From contig CP064960.1 of assembly GCA_016699105.1 (NCBI GenBank), forward strand, positions 593,034-657,033: a stretch of DNA of 64,000 nucleotides. The letters run 5' to 3'. This stretch comes from a bacterium (GTDB lineage Bacteria > Patescibacteriota > Saccharimonadia > UBA4664). Positions 8,906-18,798 of this stretch are shown here, piece by piece. Position numbers and translations under genes: made by a program. Position 1 is the first letter of the stretch. Each line of letters opens with the position of its first letter. The notes under the pieces were generated by a model. That model searched no databases. It worked only from the letters and a program-made list of their open reading frames with translations, and had not been told where the DNA came from.

Positions 8906-10117
8906 ATGACAGATCGATTTGAACCATGGGAACATGAAAAGCGTGATCAATCGCCTCGTGCGGTTGATGTGGATACTGAAAAACCGGTTCAGCAGCAACG
9001 ATGGCATTTCCGAGCCATTCGCAATGCAGGCGTCATGGTGCTGGTGGGTGCATTGGCCGGAGCTGGCGGTGCTTATGGATATACTCATTATTTGGCAGCT
9101 TCGATTCCGGTAGATCGCAAACAATTGATTATTGAAGAGAGCTCGGCGGTGATTGATGTTGCTACGCAGCTTTCACCCAGCGTGGTAAGTATTACCTCCA
9201 AAACTGTCGCCCGGGGATTTTTTGGATACTCGCAGGAAGTTGAAGGGGCCGGTACGGGTATGGTTCTGACGGCCGATGGACTCATACTGACGAATCGGCA
9301 TGTGGTTGATGATACGACGGCTACTTATACTGTCGTCATGAACGACGGTAAAACGTACCCGGCGACGGTGGTCTCGCGTGACACCAAAAATGATGTAGCG
9401 TTCGTGCGCGTTGAAGCCAAAGATCTGACGCCTGTGAATATCGGAGATTCCGGTAAATTGAAAGTGGGACAACAAGTGGTGGCAATCGGAAACGCCTTGG
9501 GGCAATTCCAAAACTCTGTCACCGAAGGTATTATTTCGGGCGTATCGCGAGGAATTACCGCTGGTTCGGGGTCGGCTTATAGTGGCATGACCGAAGAACT
9601 ATCCAATCTACTGCAGACCGATGCGGCGATCAACTCCGGCAATTCCGGTGGTCCGCTGGTCGATCTGGAAGGTCAAGTGATCGGCATGAATACGGCGGTG
9701 GCGGGATCGGGAGCGCAGAATATTGGATTTGCCATACCGATCAATGACATTAAACCGTTAATTGAAAGTGTGAAATCAAAGGGACGGATCGTACGGCCGT
9801 ATCTGGGAGTGCGCTATGTTGCTTTGACGCGCCAAGTGGCTACCTTAAATAACCTAACAGTGTCTGATGGCGCTTGGATTCAAGCTTCAGGAGACGCTAA
9901 CCCAGGGGTTGTAAGTGGTTCACCGGCCGAAAAAGCCGGAGTCAAAGAGGGCGACATCATAACCAAGATTGGCGATGATACGGTTGATGCAACGCATAGT
10001 TTGCAGTCTCTCATCGGTAAATACAAAACTGGTGATAAGGTGAAGCTGACTATAATTCGCGATAGTGCGACAGTTACGGTTGAAGCAACATTGGAAGATG
10101 CGCCCGCCGGGAGCTAA
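8906..10117 (+). CDS. htrA: HtrA/DegP-family trypsin-like serine protease with C-terminal PDZ domain
   Basis: Catalytic triad context GLILTNRHVV, NDVAFVRV, NSGNSGGPLVD. N-terminal TM. PDZ domain near the C-terminus. GAGGA RBS. Confidence 0.85.
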   Translation: MTDRFEPWEHEKRDQSPRAVDVDTEKPVQQQRWHFRAIRNAGVMVLVGALAGAGGAYGYTHYLAASIPVDRKQLIIEESSAVIDVATQLSPSVVSITSKTVARGFFGYSQEVEGAGTGMVLTADGLILTNRHVVDDTTATYTVVMNDGKTYPATVVSRDTKNDVAFVRVEAKDLTPVNIGDSGKLKVGQQVVAIGNALGQFQNSVTEGIISGVSRGITAGSGSAYSGMTEELSNLLQTDAAINSGNSGGPLVDLEGQVIGMNTAVAGSGAQNIGFAIPINDIKPLIESVKSKGRIVRPYLGVRYVALTRQVATLNNLTVSDGAWIQASGDANPGVVSGSPAEKAGVKEGDIITKIGDDTVDATHSLQSLIGKYKTGDKVKLTIIRDSATVTVEATLEDAPAGS

Positions 10118-10122
10118 TTATT

Positions 10123-10941
10123 TTAGCGAAATCCGAGGATGAAATAGCCTTGTTCGAAAGCTTTGAGTCGAGATTTGGCGGCTAGTGCCATGAGGTGGTC
10201 GTGTTGCCATGGGTCACATTCGGTAAAAACATGGCCATGAGGAGCCAAATGCTGCGGCAATTCGTTTAAAAACCGGCGGTAGAGATCGAGACCATCGGTG
10301 CCGCCAAAGAGCGCGATTGCTGGTTCTTTGGTGACTTCCAACATGAGATCGGCGTCGGTCTGAAGATAGGGTAAATTGGTGACGACGGTATCAAATTTGC
10401 CGGTGACTTCATGCCATAAGTCTGACTCAATAAAGCAGATATCAACACCATGTTTGCGCGCATTTTGACGAGCTACAGCTAGCTCAGTATGAGTGATGTC
10501 GGTGGCAGTTATATGGAGATCTGGCCGATTTTTGGCGATGGCGATGGCGATGGCGCCAGAACCGGTGCCAATATCTATGAGGCGGCCATTTTGGGGAGTG
10601 TATTTGATAGCCCATTCAACCATTTGCTCGGTTTCAACGCGGGGAGTCAGTACATCTGGGGTGATAATAAAATCGAGACCATAAAATTCGCGGGTGCCAG
10701 TCAAGTGGACGACGGGTGTATGGTTGAGCCTTTGATCAATGAGATGTTGGAATTGTGATAGTTGGTCGGGAGTAAGGACGTAGTCGTCATGGGCATGGAT
10801 CCAGGTACGCGGTTGAGCTAAGACATGAGCCAAGAGTAATTCGGCATCGAGGCGGGCACCAGCGATCGGTTTAGCTTCGAGCTGGATAATGGCTTCAGCT
10901 AAGCTGTGCTTGAGTGAGTTTTGAGCAGTTGGTAAAGGCAT
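10123..10941 (-). CDS. prmC: Release-factor glutamine N5-methyltransferase PrmC/HemK
   Basis: SAM motif IDIGTGSGAIAIA and catalytic NLPY (NPPY variant). Sits downstream of prfA. The Met at 10941 gives an 11-nt gap to the SpoU gene; the longer ORF start at 11076 overlaps it. Confidence 0.8.
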   Translation of the reverse strand: MPLPTAQNSLKHSLAEAIIQLEAKPIAGARLDAELLLAHVLAQPRTWIHAHDDYVLTPDQLSQFQHLIDQRLNHTPVVHLTGTREFYGLDFIITPDVLTPRVETEQMVEWAIKYTPQNGRLIDIGTGSGAIAIAIAKNRPDLHITATDITHTELAVARQNARKHGVDICFIESDLWHEVTGKFDTVVTNLPYLQTDADLMLEVTKEPAIALFGGTDGLDLYRRFLNELPQHLAPHGHVFTECDPWQHDHLMALAAKSRLKAFEQGYFILGFR

Positions 10942-10952
10942 AAGATAAAGAA

Positions 10953-11771
10953 TTAATTTAAAGTTTGTTGCGATTGTCGTTGACGTACCACTTCGTACGC
11001 CAGAACGACGGTAGCAGCGGCTACGTTGAGCGAATCGGCAAGTCCGAGCATAGGCAAGCGAACCGGTTGGTCGCAAGCATCTTGCCAGGTGTCGGATAGC
11101 CCGTATTGTTCACTGCCCAAAATGATAGCGGTGGGTTTCGTGAGGTCAGGTGTGGTGTACGATTGTTTGGCTTGGACAATGGCGGCTACAGTTTGAACAT
11201 GGTTTTTCTTCAAGAATGTGATGACTTCGCCGGTAGCGGCAATCACAGTAGGTACTTTAAACATAACACCAGTAGAGGCGCGTACCACATTGGGGTTAAA
11301 CAAATCGGTTACGGGGTCACACACGATGACAGCGTCGGCGCCGGTGGCATCTGCAGACCTGAGAATTGTGCCAAGGTTGCCAGGTTTTTCAATTGATTCG
11401 GCGACAATGATAAAGGGATTGGCAGAAAGTACTAGCTTATCTAAGCTCGTGTGCCATTGGCGACCGACGGCTAAGAGTCCCTCGGGCTTGTCGCGATAGG
11501 CAGCTTTGATGAGGGCGGTGGAACTGAGCTGGATGACTTGGGCGCCAGTCGCGGCAGCTCGAGCAACTAAGGCCGGTTCATTGGTGCCCAGATACAATTC
11601 GGGACAATAGTACAACGTTAGTAGCGGAAAATCACTATCGAGCGCGCGGGTAATTGCGCGGTAGCCTTCAATTAAAAATAATTCCTGGTCGTCGCGTTCG
11701 GAGCGTTTGCGCAAGGCATACAAATTTTTTATAACCGGATTGGCGGTACTGGTGATGACGGGAGTATTCAT
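10953..11771 (-). CDS. SpoU/TrmH-family RNA 2'-O-methyltransferase
   Basis: SPOUT motifs: ...[28 protein letters not shown]..., [14 protein letters not shown]. Start overlaps the prfA stop by 4 nt. Confidence 0.8.
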   Translation of the reverse strand: MNTPVITSTANPVIKNLYALRKRSERDDQELFLIEGYRAITRALDSDFPLLTLYYCPELYLGTNEPALVARAAATGAQVIQLSSTALIKAAYRDKPEGLLAVGRQWHTSLDKLVLSANPFIIVAESIEKPGNLGTILRSADATGADAVIVCDPVTDLFNPNVVRASTGVMFKVPTVIAATGEVITFLKKNHVQTVAAIVQAKQSYTTPDLTKPTAIILGSEQYGLSDTWQDACDQPVRLPMLGLADSLNVAAATVVLAYEVVRQRQSQQTLN

Positions 11772-12847
11772 TGGCCGGCTTGTTCGAGTTTGAGTCGTAA
11801 GTCTTCAGCCTGTAAAGCATCGAGCATGTCCGCAATATTGCCGAGCATATAACCGGGCAAACCGTGTTGGGTACGGCCGATACGATGGTCTGTGACCCGG
11901 TCTTGAGGGTAGTTGTAGGTGCGGATTTTTTCACTGCGGTCACCGGTGCCAATTTGTGACAAGCGGGCTTCGCGGCCAGCGCGCTCGGCTTCTTCACGTT
12001 GGATAGCCAGTAGCCGGGAGCGTAAGACATTCATGGCTTTGAGCTTATTTTTGAGCTGTGACTTTTCGTCTTGGCAGGTGACTACAAGACCCGAGGGGAG
12101 GTGAGTGATGCGGACCGCAGAATCGGTGGTGTTAACGCTTTGACCGCCGTGTCCGGAGCTACGATAGACGTCAATGCGCAAGTCGGCATCATTGATCTCG
12201 ATATCGGTTTCTTCGGCTTCGGCTAACACGGCCATTGTCACAGTCGAGGTGTGGATGCGACCGCCGGATTCGGTTTCGGGGACACGTTGCACGCGATGAA
12301 CACCGGATTCATATTTGAGCAGACCGTAGGCGCCCGCACCTTTGACTTCAAAAATAATTTCTTTGTAACCACCTACATCACTGGGTGATTCGCTGATAAG
12401 TTCGATACGCCAGCCGGGTTTGGTCTCGACAAACCGGTTATACATGCGATAGAGTTCACCAGCAAACAATGAAGCTTCGTCGCCGCCCGCACCAGCGCGG
12501 ATTTCAATAATGGCGGTTTTGGCGTCGGCGGGATCTTTGGGGACCAAGGCAATGCGCAGTAAATCGTTGATACGATTCAACTCTTCTTCAAATTCCGGTA
12601 TTTCGGCTTTAGCCAGTTCACCAAGTTCTGGATCGGTGGCCATTTCGTGAGACTGGGCTAAATGATCAGCTGTCTGGGCGCGTTGGTCATAAAGGGCCAA
12701 GAGGGGAGCTATTTCGGCCTGGCGTTTTGCCAATGTAATCATCTGAGGAGTACCCAAAATCGCCGGCTCGGTCAGCTGGGTGGCTAGACTGGCGGCTTCG
12801 GCTCGAAATTTAGCTTCGGTGGGATCGGTTGATGGATTCATAACCAT
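11768..12847 (-). CDS. prfA: Peptide chain release factor 1
   Basis: GGQ motif ([23 protein letters not shown]) and RF1-type P-x-T tripeptide region ([14 protein letters not shown]). Confidence 0.9.
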   Translation of the reverse strand: MVMNPSTDPTEAKFRAEAASLATQLTEPAILGTPQMITLAKRQAEIAPLLALYDQRAQTADHLAQSHEMATDPELGELAKAEIPEFEEELNRINDLLRIALVPKDPADAKTAIIEIRAGAGGDEASLFAGELYRMYNRFVETKPGWRIELISESPSDVGGYKEIIFEVKGAGAYGLLKYESGVHRVQRVPETESGGRIHTSTVTMAVLAEAEETDIEINDADLRIDVYRSSGHGGQSVNTTDSAVRITHLPSGLVVTCQDEKSQLKNKLKAMNVLRSRLLAIQREEAERAGREARLSQIGTGDRSEKIRTYNYPQDRVTDHRIGRTQHGLPGYMLGNIADMLDALQAEDLRLKLEQAGQ

Positions 12848-12909
12848 ATATTTATATCATAATTTGGTGGTAATGCCGAGGTTTTGGCAGGAGGTATTAA
12901 GGGTTGGGT

Positions 12910-12943
12910 GGAGCTGGCTGGACTTGGTAGTCCAGCCAGCTCC
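12910..12943. repeat. Perfect 15-bp inverted repeat / stem-loop (ggagctggctggact-tggt-agtccagccagctcc), probable terminator/insulator at the left edge of the GC-rich cassette
   Basis: Seen directly. Lies immediately 3' of the stop of the 12950..14071 gene on the minus strand. No U-tract on either side. Confidence 0.6.
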
Positions 12944-12949
12944 GGATCG

Positions 12950-14071
12950 TTACTTCTTGATGCGCTGGCGGATCTCGATGATTCTGGCGAATTTATCCGA
13001 AATGGTGAAACGGAGATCACCAATCTCGATGGTGCGCCTGAAGAAGAACTGCAGGTTAGTGCTCGTTCCCCAGCTACCACTATTGGGATCAGCCATGGGT
13101 CGTCCGGCATATCCGCGCCGTTCCTGCCAGGTGCTAATCAACGGTGATCGCATTTCGGCACCATCTGACTTGAAGCGAATGCCGAGACTGGGCACGATTG
13201 CGTAGCGGTCGACTTCCAGCTCGATCAACATGGGCTCGACAGTCCAGCCTTCGGCGTCAACCTCAGGTTCTGGCGCATCAGCTAGCTGGATGCTGGCTTG
13301 GATGTGGTCTTGGTTGATCTCAGTCGCCTGGAAGGTACCTCGGATACCGGGCGCTAGCTCGTAAGCGACGCCAGGATCGAACCTGATGTAGCTATGCTGC
13401 CAGCCCTGGTTGGGTGACAGCTGCTCCATCTCGATGAGGTTCCGGTTTTCCCTTCCGCAACTCCTGATCCGCACGTCAGAGGTTACATATACCCACTCAG
13501 TGCCGATAGCTATCGACTGCGGCGGCTGCCACTTGGTGATCGGAATCGGTGCTTCGAACGTGCCTCGCCAGAATGTGAAACCACCACCTTGCGACGAAAT
13601 TCGAAGCTTGAGCGTCGGATCTGCCAGAGTGAACTCCATTTCGTTGACTTCCGGGTATTTCACGCAGTTTTGGCAGCTGTATCCGTGATGCGGGTTGGCA
13701 CAGACTGTGAATCCTTGGAGAGTTGTACCGCAATTGTAGGTGTTATTGACGATGTGCCGTTTGTACGTGACACCGTCGCGAACGACAGTGTTGTGGTAGC
13801 CATGTTCGTACTTGCCCCAAACTGGTTCAACAGCCATGGCAAACCGGTAGTCGGCGCGGCAACGGAATTCCCACCGGTGGTAGGTAGCGCCCGGCACCGT
13901 GTAGGTTCGCGCCTGGACGCCAGGAGCGATGTCGATCCATGCACCCTGCGAATCGGTGAAGAGTCGCGGGGTGTTCCACTCACGCTGTGGATGCAACTGA
14001 GTGGCGCGGCGAACGAGCAGGCCGAAGCCGAACGAAAATACTTCATCTTGCATCTCAACGCCGTCTACCAC
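12950..14071 (-). CDS. Hypothetical protein (373 aa), no recognisable domain; part of a GC-rich two-gene cassette
   Basis: Long ORF with strong GC3 bias (codon usage distinct from flanking core genes). No signal peptide or TM. Contains HHGYSCQNC and several Cys/His residues. Overlapping opposite-strand ORFs are attributed to high GC. Confidence 0.55.
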   Translation of the reverse strand: MVDGVEMQDEVFSFGFGLLVRRATQLHPQREWNTPRLFTDSQGAWIDIAPGVQARTYTVPGATYHRWEFRCRADYRFAMAVEPVWGKYEHGYHNTVVRDGVTYKRHIVNNTYNCGTTLQGFTVCANPHHGYSCQNCVKYPEVNEMEFTLADPTLKLRISSQGGGFTFWRGTFEAPIPITKWQPPQSIAIGTEWVYVTSDVRIRSCGRENRNLIEMEQLSPNQGWQHSYIRFDPGVAYELAPGIRGTFQATEINQDHIQASIQLADAPEPEVDAEGWTVEPMLIELEVDRYAIVPSLGIRFKSDGAEMRSPLISTWQERRGYAGRPMADPNSGSWGTSTNLQFFFRRTIEIGDLRFTISDKFARIIEIRQRIKK

Positions 14072-14138
14072 AATTTGCCAGTGGTGATCAGCTCCAGGGA
14101 AGTAGACACAGCTTCGTTCGGTGGGCGCTGGCTTGCGC

Positions 14139-14633
14139 CTAGCCTTTGAATGGTTCGCCCCAACTCAGCTCTTCGCTGGGCTGGTTGTCTTCCGGCCGGC
14201 GCCACTGGATGTACACCTGGCGCTGAGAGCCGTCGACAGCATCGGTGACGATAATGCGAACGTCTCGGTCGATGGCCTGCCAGTTGTCACTCGGCATGAA
14301 TGTGCGGGGCGAGTGATACCGGCAGTCGTAGGTGTGCTGGTGAGTGCGGTTGCACTGACGAGCGGTGCGCACTTCGACGTTGCCGTCGGGAGTGGTGCGC
14401 AACACAGCACTGGCGGAGTAGTTGGCGTCCAGCGGACGCCAAGGTCGTCCGAACCAGCGGGCGAAGGGGTCGTCCCAGTCGGTGGTGGGCTCGATGAGCG
14501 CACGCAGGGCGGGCACGACCAGATCTTGGGTGCCAGGCACGTTAAGGGCAGAAATTTCACGTGGTGACAAGCCACTCATTCCTCGCAGCAGTTCTAGTAA
14601 GGATCCGAATCTGGCGTCGAAGAGTCCGGTCAT
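14139..14633 (-). CDS. Hypothetical protein (164 aa), first gene of the GC-rich cassette
   Basis: ATG at 14633 with AAAGGG about 10 nt upstream. GC3-rich. No recognisable motifs. Lies 67 nt upstream of the 373-aa gene on the same strand. Confidence 0.5.
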   Translation of the reverse strand: MTGLFDARFGSLLELLRGMSGLSPREISALNVPGTQDLVVPALRALIEPTTDWDDPFARWFGRPWRPLDANYSASAVLRTTPDGNVEVRTARQCNRTHQHTYDCRYHSPRTFMPSDNWQAIDRDVRIIVTDAVDGSQRQVYIQWRRPEDNQPSEELSWGEPFKG

Positions 14634-14689
14634 GATGACGGAACCCTTTCTTGAGTCTACCGTCGGCTGGCCACATTGGCTGACCTTTA

Positions 14690-14740
14690 GGAAACGGCTG
14701 GCTGGCTATTTGCAATGCAAATTACCAATCAGCCGTTTCC
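14690..14740 (-). promoter_or_regulatory. Nested palindrome (11-bp arms ggaaacggctg/cagccgtttcc enclosing the 7-1-7 palindrome ATTTGCAaTGCAAAT) in the 5' region of the cassette operon; candidate operator or 5'-UTR structure
   Basis: Seen in sequence. Lies between the predicted promoter (14780-14808) and the cassette start codon at 14633. Confidence 0.45.
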
Positions 14741-14779
14741 TATATACGCATATCTAACATATCAAGAAACAACTGCTAT

Positions 14780-14808
14780 ACCATATCATATTGTGACTAA
14801 TAAGTCAA
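14780..14808 (-). promoter_or_regulatory. Sigma70-type promoter for the cassette: TTGACT-N17-TATGGT on the minus strand
   Basis: Minus-strand read: TTGACTtattagtcacaatatgaTATGGT. -35 is at 14803-14808, -10 at 14780-14785, with a 17-nt spacer. Confidence 0.45.
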
Positions 14809-14840
14809 TTTTGATGTGGGTGTTTGCAGGCTGAACAATC

Positions 14841-14868
14841 AAAAAAGCCCTGGCGGGCTTTTTAAGAT
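14841..14868 (-). terminator. Rho-independent terminator downstream of rpmE (bidirectional: AAAAAAGCCCtggcGGGCTTTTT)
   Basis: GC stem flanked by an A-run and a T-run, immediately 3' of the rpmE stop at 14882. Confidence 0.7.
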
Positions 14869-14881
14869 GATAATTTGGAGA

Positions 14882-15175
14882 TTAAGCTTCTGGTGTGTCG
14901 GTTGTGACGTCGCTTTTAGCTTTGCGGGCAGCCACTTTGGCGGCTTTGGCAGTTTTGGCATGCGTACGGTCAGCGGCTGCAGCTTGCAGGGCCTTGAATC
15001 GATCGACGCGGCCGGCGGTGTCGACCAGTTTTTGCTTACCCGTGTAGAAGGGGTGGCAATTGGAGCAAATTTCCACGGTAATGGCTTCGACGGTTGATAT
15101 CGTCGTAAATGCGGTATTGCAACCGTTGCAATTAACCTTGGTCTCGAATGTCTTGGGGTGAATGCCAGATTTCAT
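14882..15175 (-). CDS. rpmE: 50S ribosomal protein L31 with Lys/Ala-rich C-terminal extension
   Basis: [48 protein letters not shown], the L31 Zn-ribbon (CxxC...CxxH). Internal Met chosen; the ORF-track start lies 31 codons upstream. Confidence 0.85.
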   Translation of the reverse strand: MKSGIHPKTFETKVNCNGCNTAFTTISTVEAITVEICSNCHPFYTGKQKLVDTAGRVDRFKALQAAAADRTHAKTAKAAKVAARKAKSDVTTDTPEA

Positions 15176-15258
15176 AACTTGATGATTGTATCTAATAAAT
15201 GTGTATAAGTCAATGGGTTGCCCCCGGGATGTCACGAGGGACATCCCGGGGGAGGGGA

Positions 15259-15933
15259 CTAGCCGCAAATAGCCTTCAGGCGGTTGAGATACTCGCTTTC
15301 GGCCAGGAAGCGATTGGCAGCCTCGACTACACCAATGTCGCGGATTGCCCGTGAATGGTGGGTAATGCCAGTTTTGTCACCGGGTCGACTCAGTGCGGCT
15401 TTGTACCACATCTTCACCAACGAGGAACCCTTACCGTACTTGGCGAGGGCTTCATCACTGGTGATGGTCGCGTGAGTCTTACCCTGTAGGTCTGCACGAC
15501 AGGCTGTGGCGTCAGCTGGGATACCAATCAGATAATGACGCGGCGCAGCCTTGCGGTCTTGGCTGGTTCCAGGATCGTCATTGATTGATCGCTTGTGGGT
15601 CTCCCAGAACACCCGGCGCAGCTCCAGCTGTGGTTTCGTCAGTGTTACAGCTGCCGGCGGAGAACTAGCTGGAACCGAACTCGTGGATGTAGTGTCGGCC
15701 GGAGCTGCTGCAGCAGCTGGATCGGTAGTAGACGGTTCGACCTTGCTGGTTTCGATGGGGGCAGCCTCCGTAGTACTGGCAGCAGCGACTGTGGGAACGA
15801 CGCTCTCCTCGGCAGCAAACGCAGCTGCCGTGGTGCCATTGACCGGCACCGGATCGTTGCCGGAAGTACAGCCGCTTGTTATGAAAACGACGGCGATGGC
15901 GGCGGGTACTACGAGGTATCGCATGCGACGCAT
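15259..15933 (-). CDS. Lipoprotein with Ala/Pro/Thr-rich linker and ~120-aa C-terminal domain of unknown function
   Basis: Signal peptide plus lipobox (AVVFITSGC). Low-complexity linker (AAAFAAEE...[15 protein letters not shown]). GC-rich. Confidence 0.6.
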   Translation of the reverse strand: MRRMRYLVVPAAIAVVFITSGCTSGNDPVPVNGTTAAAFAAEESVVPTVAAASTTEAAPIETSKVEPSTTDPAAAAAPADTTSTSSVPASSPPAAVTLTKPQLELRRVFWETHKRSINDDPGTSQDRKAAPRHYLIGIPADATACRADLQGKTHATITSDEALAKYGKGSSLVKMWYKAALSRPGDKTGITHHSRAIRDIGVVEAANRFLAESEYLNRLKAICG

Positions 15934-16045
15934 GTCGAGTCCTTTCTCAAGGATAGTTGAAGGATTTGCATGTCAATTGAACGGCTAGATCGACGTTATA
16001 ATAGTATTAGTATCTTACAAATATTAAATTCTGGCCGTTAATTAC

Positions 16046-16074
16046 TTGTCAATTAATGGTGAATCAGGTATGAT
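16046..16074 (+). promoter_or_regulatory. rpsB promoter TTGTCA-N17-TATGAT followed by an ~80-nt structured leader (possible S2 autoregulatory element)
   Basis: Hexamers seen in sequence. The leader contains hairpin CACTGCC...GGCAGTG (16110-16140) and AAAAGGAGA RBS before the ATG at 16162. Confidence 0.45.
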
Positions 16075-16161
16075 TTGGGACGTTTAGTACTTTATTGAAG
16101 CAGCACTGCCGTAATCCTCCCGCTCGGGTGGCAGTGTGAAGTATCCAAAAGGAGACAATTA

Positions 16162-16884
16162 ATGTCCGAGGTTAACCTCAAAGAATTATTGGAGGCTGGT
16201 GCGCATTTTGGCCATCAGACTCGTCGGTGGAACCCCAAGATGAAGCCATATATATATGGTGCGCGGGGTGGTGTGCATATTATTGACTTGACCAAGACAG
16301 CACCAATGCTTGAGGCAGCTATCAAGTTTGCCAAGCAGGTGACGTCTGAGGGTGGCAGTGTGTTGTTTGTGGGCACCAAGCGTCAAGCAGCGCCGGTTGT
16401 CAAAGAAGCCGCCGAAAATGCTGGCATGCCATACGTCACTGAACGTTGGTTAGGTGGTATGTTGACCAATTTCCGGACCATCCGCTCGCGGGTAACCCGG
16501 CTCAAAAAACTAGAAGCCGGTTTGGAAAGTGGCGATTACGCGACCAAATACAATAAGAAAGAGCTGTTGGACTTCACCAATGAAGTTGCTGCTTTGAATC
16601 GAATTTTCAGCGGCATCAAGAATATGGACGGGGTGCCCGGTGCAATGTTTGTAATTGATGCTCCGCAAGAAGGCATCGCCATTGCTGAGGCTCGAAAACT
16701 CCACATTCCCGTGATTGCCATCGCCGATTCAAACTCTAATCCTGATGTCATGGACTACCCGATTCCGGGCAACGACGACGCTATCAAGTCGATCAAGGTG
16801 CTCGCCGGAGCCATCGGTGCCGCGGCCGCAGAAGGCGCCAAGCTCTATGCTTCCCGCGCCAAAGAGACGTCCGAAAAAGAATAA
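16162..16884 (+). CDS. rpsB: 30S ribosomal protein S2
   Basis: LLEAGAHFGHQTRRWNPKMKPYIYGARGGVHIIDL. Confidence 0.95.
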   Translation: MSEVNLKELLEAGAHFGHQTRRWNPKMKPYIYGARGGVHIIDLTKTAPMLEAAIKFAKQVTSEGGSVLFVGTKRQAAPVVKEAAENAGMPYVTERWLGGMLTNFRTIRSRVTRLKKLEAGLESGDYATKYNKKELLDFTNEVAALNRIFSGIKNMDGVPGAMFVIDAPQEGIAIAEARKLHIPVIAIADSNSNPDVMDYPIPGNDDAIKSIKVLAGAIGAAAAEGAKLYASRAKETSEKE

Positions 16885-16937
16885 TATTGTTATTCAATAC
16901 AGTTGTTCAATATACGTAAATTGGAGGATTACCAGAT

Positions 16938-17525
16938 ATGGCAGTGAACATTAAAGATATTCAAAAATTGCGTCAACAAACTGGCGCCGGCATGATGAAG
17001 GCCAAAGAAGCCTTAGAAAGCACCGATGGTGATTTTGACAAAGCCATCATTTACCTACGCGAAAAAGGTGAGGCCACCGCAGCCAAAAAAAGTGAACGCG
17101 AAGCCCGGGCTGGTTTGATTGAAACTTATGTCCACGGTGGTCGCATTGGTGTGATTGTCGAAATCAACTGTGAAACCGATTTTGTGGCGCGAACGGTAGA
17201 ATTCAAGGAATTTGCTCGCGATGTGGCAATGCATATTGCTGCGACCAACCCAGAATACTTGTCGCTCGAAGCAGTTCCGGCCGAAGTTGTGGAACAAGAA
17301 CGCTCAATATATCGGAAAGAAGTCGCGGGTAAGCCAGAGCAAATTGTAGACAAAATTGTCGAGGGCAAGTTGGCTAAGTTTTATGAAAATTCTTGCCTGA
17401 TGCAGCAAGTCTTCATTAAAGATCCAGACATGACTGTGACAAAGCTGACATCCAATTTGGTGGCAAAGTTAGGTGAAAACATTGTGATTAGGCGGTATGA
17501 TAGGTTTGAATTAGGAGCAAATTGA
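16938..17525 (+). CDS. tsf: Elongation factor Ts
   Basis: LRQQTGAGMMKAKEAL UBA-like N-terminus. The dimerisation core is truncated (195 aa). Confidence 0.9.
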   Translation: MAVNIKDIQKLRQQTGAGMMKAKEALESTDGDFDKAIIYLREKGEATAAKKSEREARAGLIETYVHGGRIGVIVEINCETDFVARTVEFKEFARDVAMHIAATNPEYLSLEAVPAEVVEQERSIYRKEVAGKPEQIVDKIVEGKLAKFYENSCLMQQVFIKDPDMTVTKLTSNLVAKLGENIVIRRYDRFELGAN

Positions 17526-18082
17526 TGCGCGAACTGGCTCAAAAAGTCACCCCTAAACTAGATAAGGCGATCGCTCATTTCGAAGGCGAGCTGTCATCTA
17601 TTCGAACCGGCCGGGCGCACGTGGGCATGCTCGACGGGGTAATGGTCGAAAGCTATGGCACCATACAGCCGTTGAAAGCGGTCGCTAGCATTACGGTGCC
17701 AGATGGTCATAGTTTGGCCGTGACACCATGGGATAAGGGTATGTTGTCGGTAGTGGAAAAGGCTATCCGTGATAACCAAGCCTTAGGCTTAAACCCGATG
17801 AATGATGGCGCAGTCGTACGTATGAACGTACCATCATTGACCGAAGAGCGCCGTCGCGACATGGTGAAATTGTTGGGGACGAAAGTTGAAGACTGCCGGG
17901 TCGCCATGCGCAATGCCCGTCATGAGGTATTGGGTGAGGCCAAACGCATGGTCCAGGCAAAAGAGGCTACCCAAGACGATGTTAAATCTTTGGAGCAAGA
18001 TTTAAGCAAATTGCTCGATAAATATCAGGCCAAACTCGAAGAGCTTGAGACTGCAAAAACCAAGGAGTTGATGGCCGTCTAA
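17522..18082 (+). CDS. frr: Ribosome recycling factor
   Basis: SIRTGRAHVGMLDGVMVESYG...ITVPDGHSLAVTPWDK. Directly coupled to tsf, with no pyrH in between. Confidence 0.9.
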   Translation: MMRELAQKVTPKLDKAIAHFEGELSSIRTGRAHVGMLDGVMVESYGTIQPLKAVASITVPDGHSLAVTPWDKGMLSVVEKAIRDNQALGLNPMNDGAVVRMNVPSLTEERRRDMVKLLGTKVEDCRVAMRNARHEVLGEAKRMVQAKEATQDDVKSLEQDLSKLLDKYQAKLEELETAKTKELMAV

Positions 18083-18783
18083 TGCACGATTCGGCCACCG
18101 CGGCATTACCAAGCCACGTGGGTTTTATTGTCGATGGCAATCGACGGTGGGCGACTGCTCAGGGTATACCGAAGCTTCAAGGCCATAAACGAGGCATGGA
18201 AAATTTGCGTGCCCGCGTGAGCCAAGCTCGTAAATTGGGCATCCAATATGTGTCTGCGTTTATTTTTTCTACCGAAAATTGGCAACGTTCAGCCGAAGAA
18301 GTGGCATACCTCATGGATTTGTTCGTCTGGTACGCCGACAAAGAATTGAAGCAGCTGTCTGAAGAAAATATAAAAATTGTATTTCTGGGAACAAGTGATC
18401 GGTTACCCGCCAAAGTTCTGGCAGCTATGGACCGGGCCGAAGCTCGGACGAAACAATTTGACGGCATGACGTTGGCATTGTGTTTAAACTATGGTGGCCA
18501 ACAAGAATTAGCTGATGCTATGTCACGGCTTGTGAGTGATGGTGTGGCTGCCAGCGAAATAAATTCGACAACGTTGGCGAACTATCTCTATCATCCTGAA
18601 ATCCCTCCAGTTGATTTGATTATTCGGACTTCGGGAGAGCAGCGATTGAGTAACTTTATGCTGTGGCGAGCAGCTTATGCTGAATTGTATTTCACGACGA
18701 AAGCCTGGCCAGATTTCGCAGAAGCAGACTTACTCGTCGCATTGGCTGACTATGCAAATCGTCACCGACGACACGGTAAATAG
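18082..18783 (+). CDS. uppS: Undecaprenyl-diphosphate synthase (cis-isoprenyl transferase)
   Basis: GFIVDGNRRWA, FSTENWQRSAEEV, RTSGEQRLSNFMLWRAAYAELYF. Confidence 0.9.
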   Translation: MHDSATAALPSHVGFIVDGNRRWATAQGIPKLQGHKRGMENLRARVSQARKLGIQYVSAFIFSTENWQRSAEEVAYLMDLFVWYADKELKQLSEENIKIVFLGTSDRLPAKVLAAMDRAEARTKQFDGMTLALCLNYGGQQELADAMSRLVSDGVAASEINSTTLANYLYHPEIPPVDLIIRTSGEQRLSNFMLWRAAYAELYFTTKAWPDFAEADLLVALADYANRHRRHGK

Positions 18784-18798
18784 GGTACAATAGTATCT

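Noticed and set aside
13410-14757. Overlapping ORFs 13410..13688(+), 13589..14149(+), 14121..14567(+), 14165..14575(-), 14300..14497(+), 14422..14757(+) in the GC-rich cassette
   Set aside because: High GC lowers stop-codon frequency in all frames. They overlap the two co-oriented minus-strand genes, which have proper start/RBS context, GC3 bias and a promoter.
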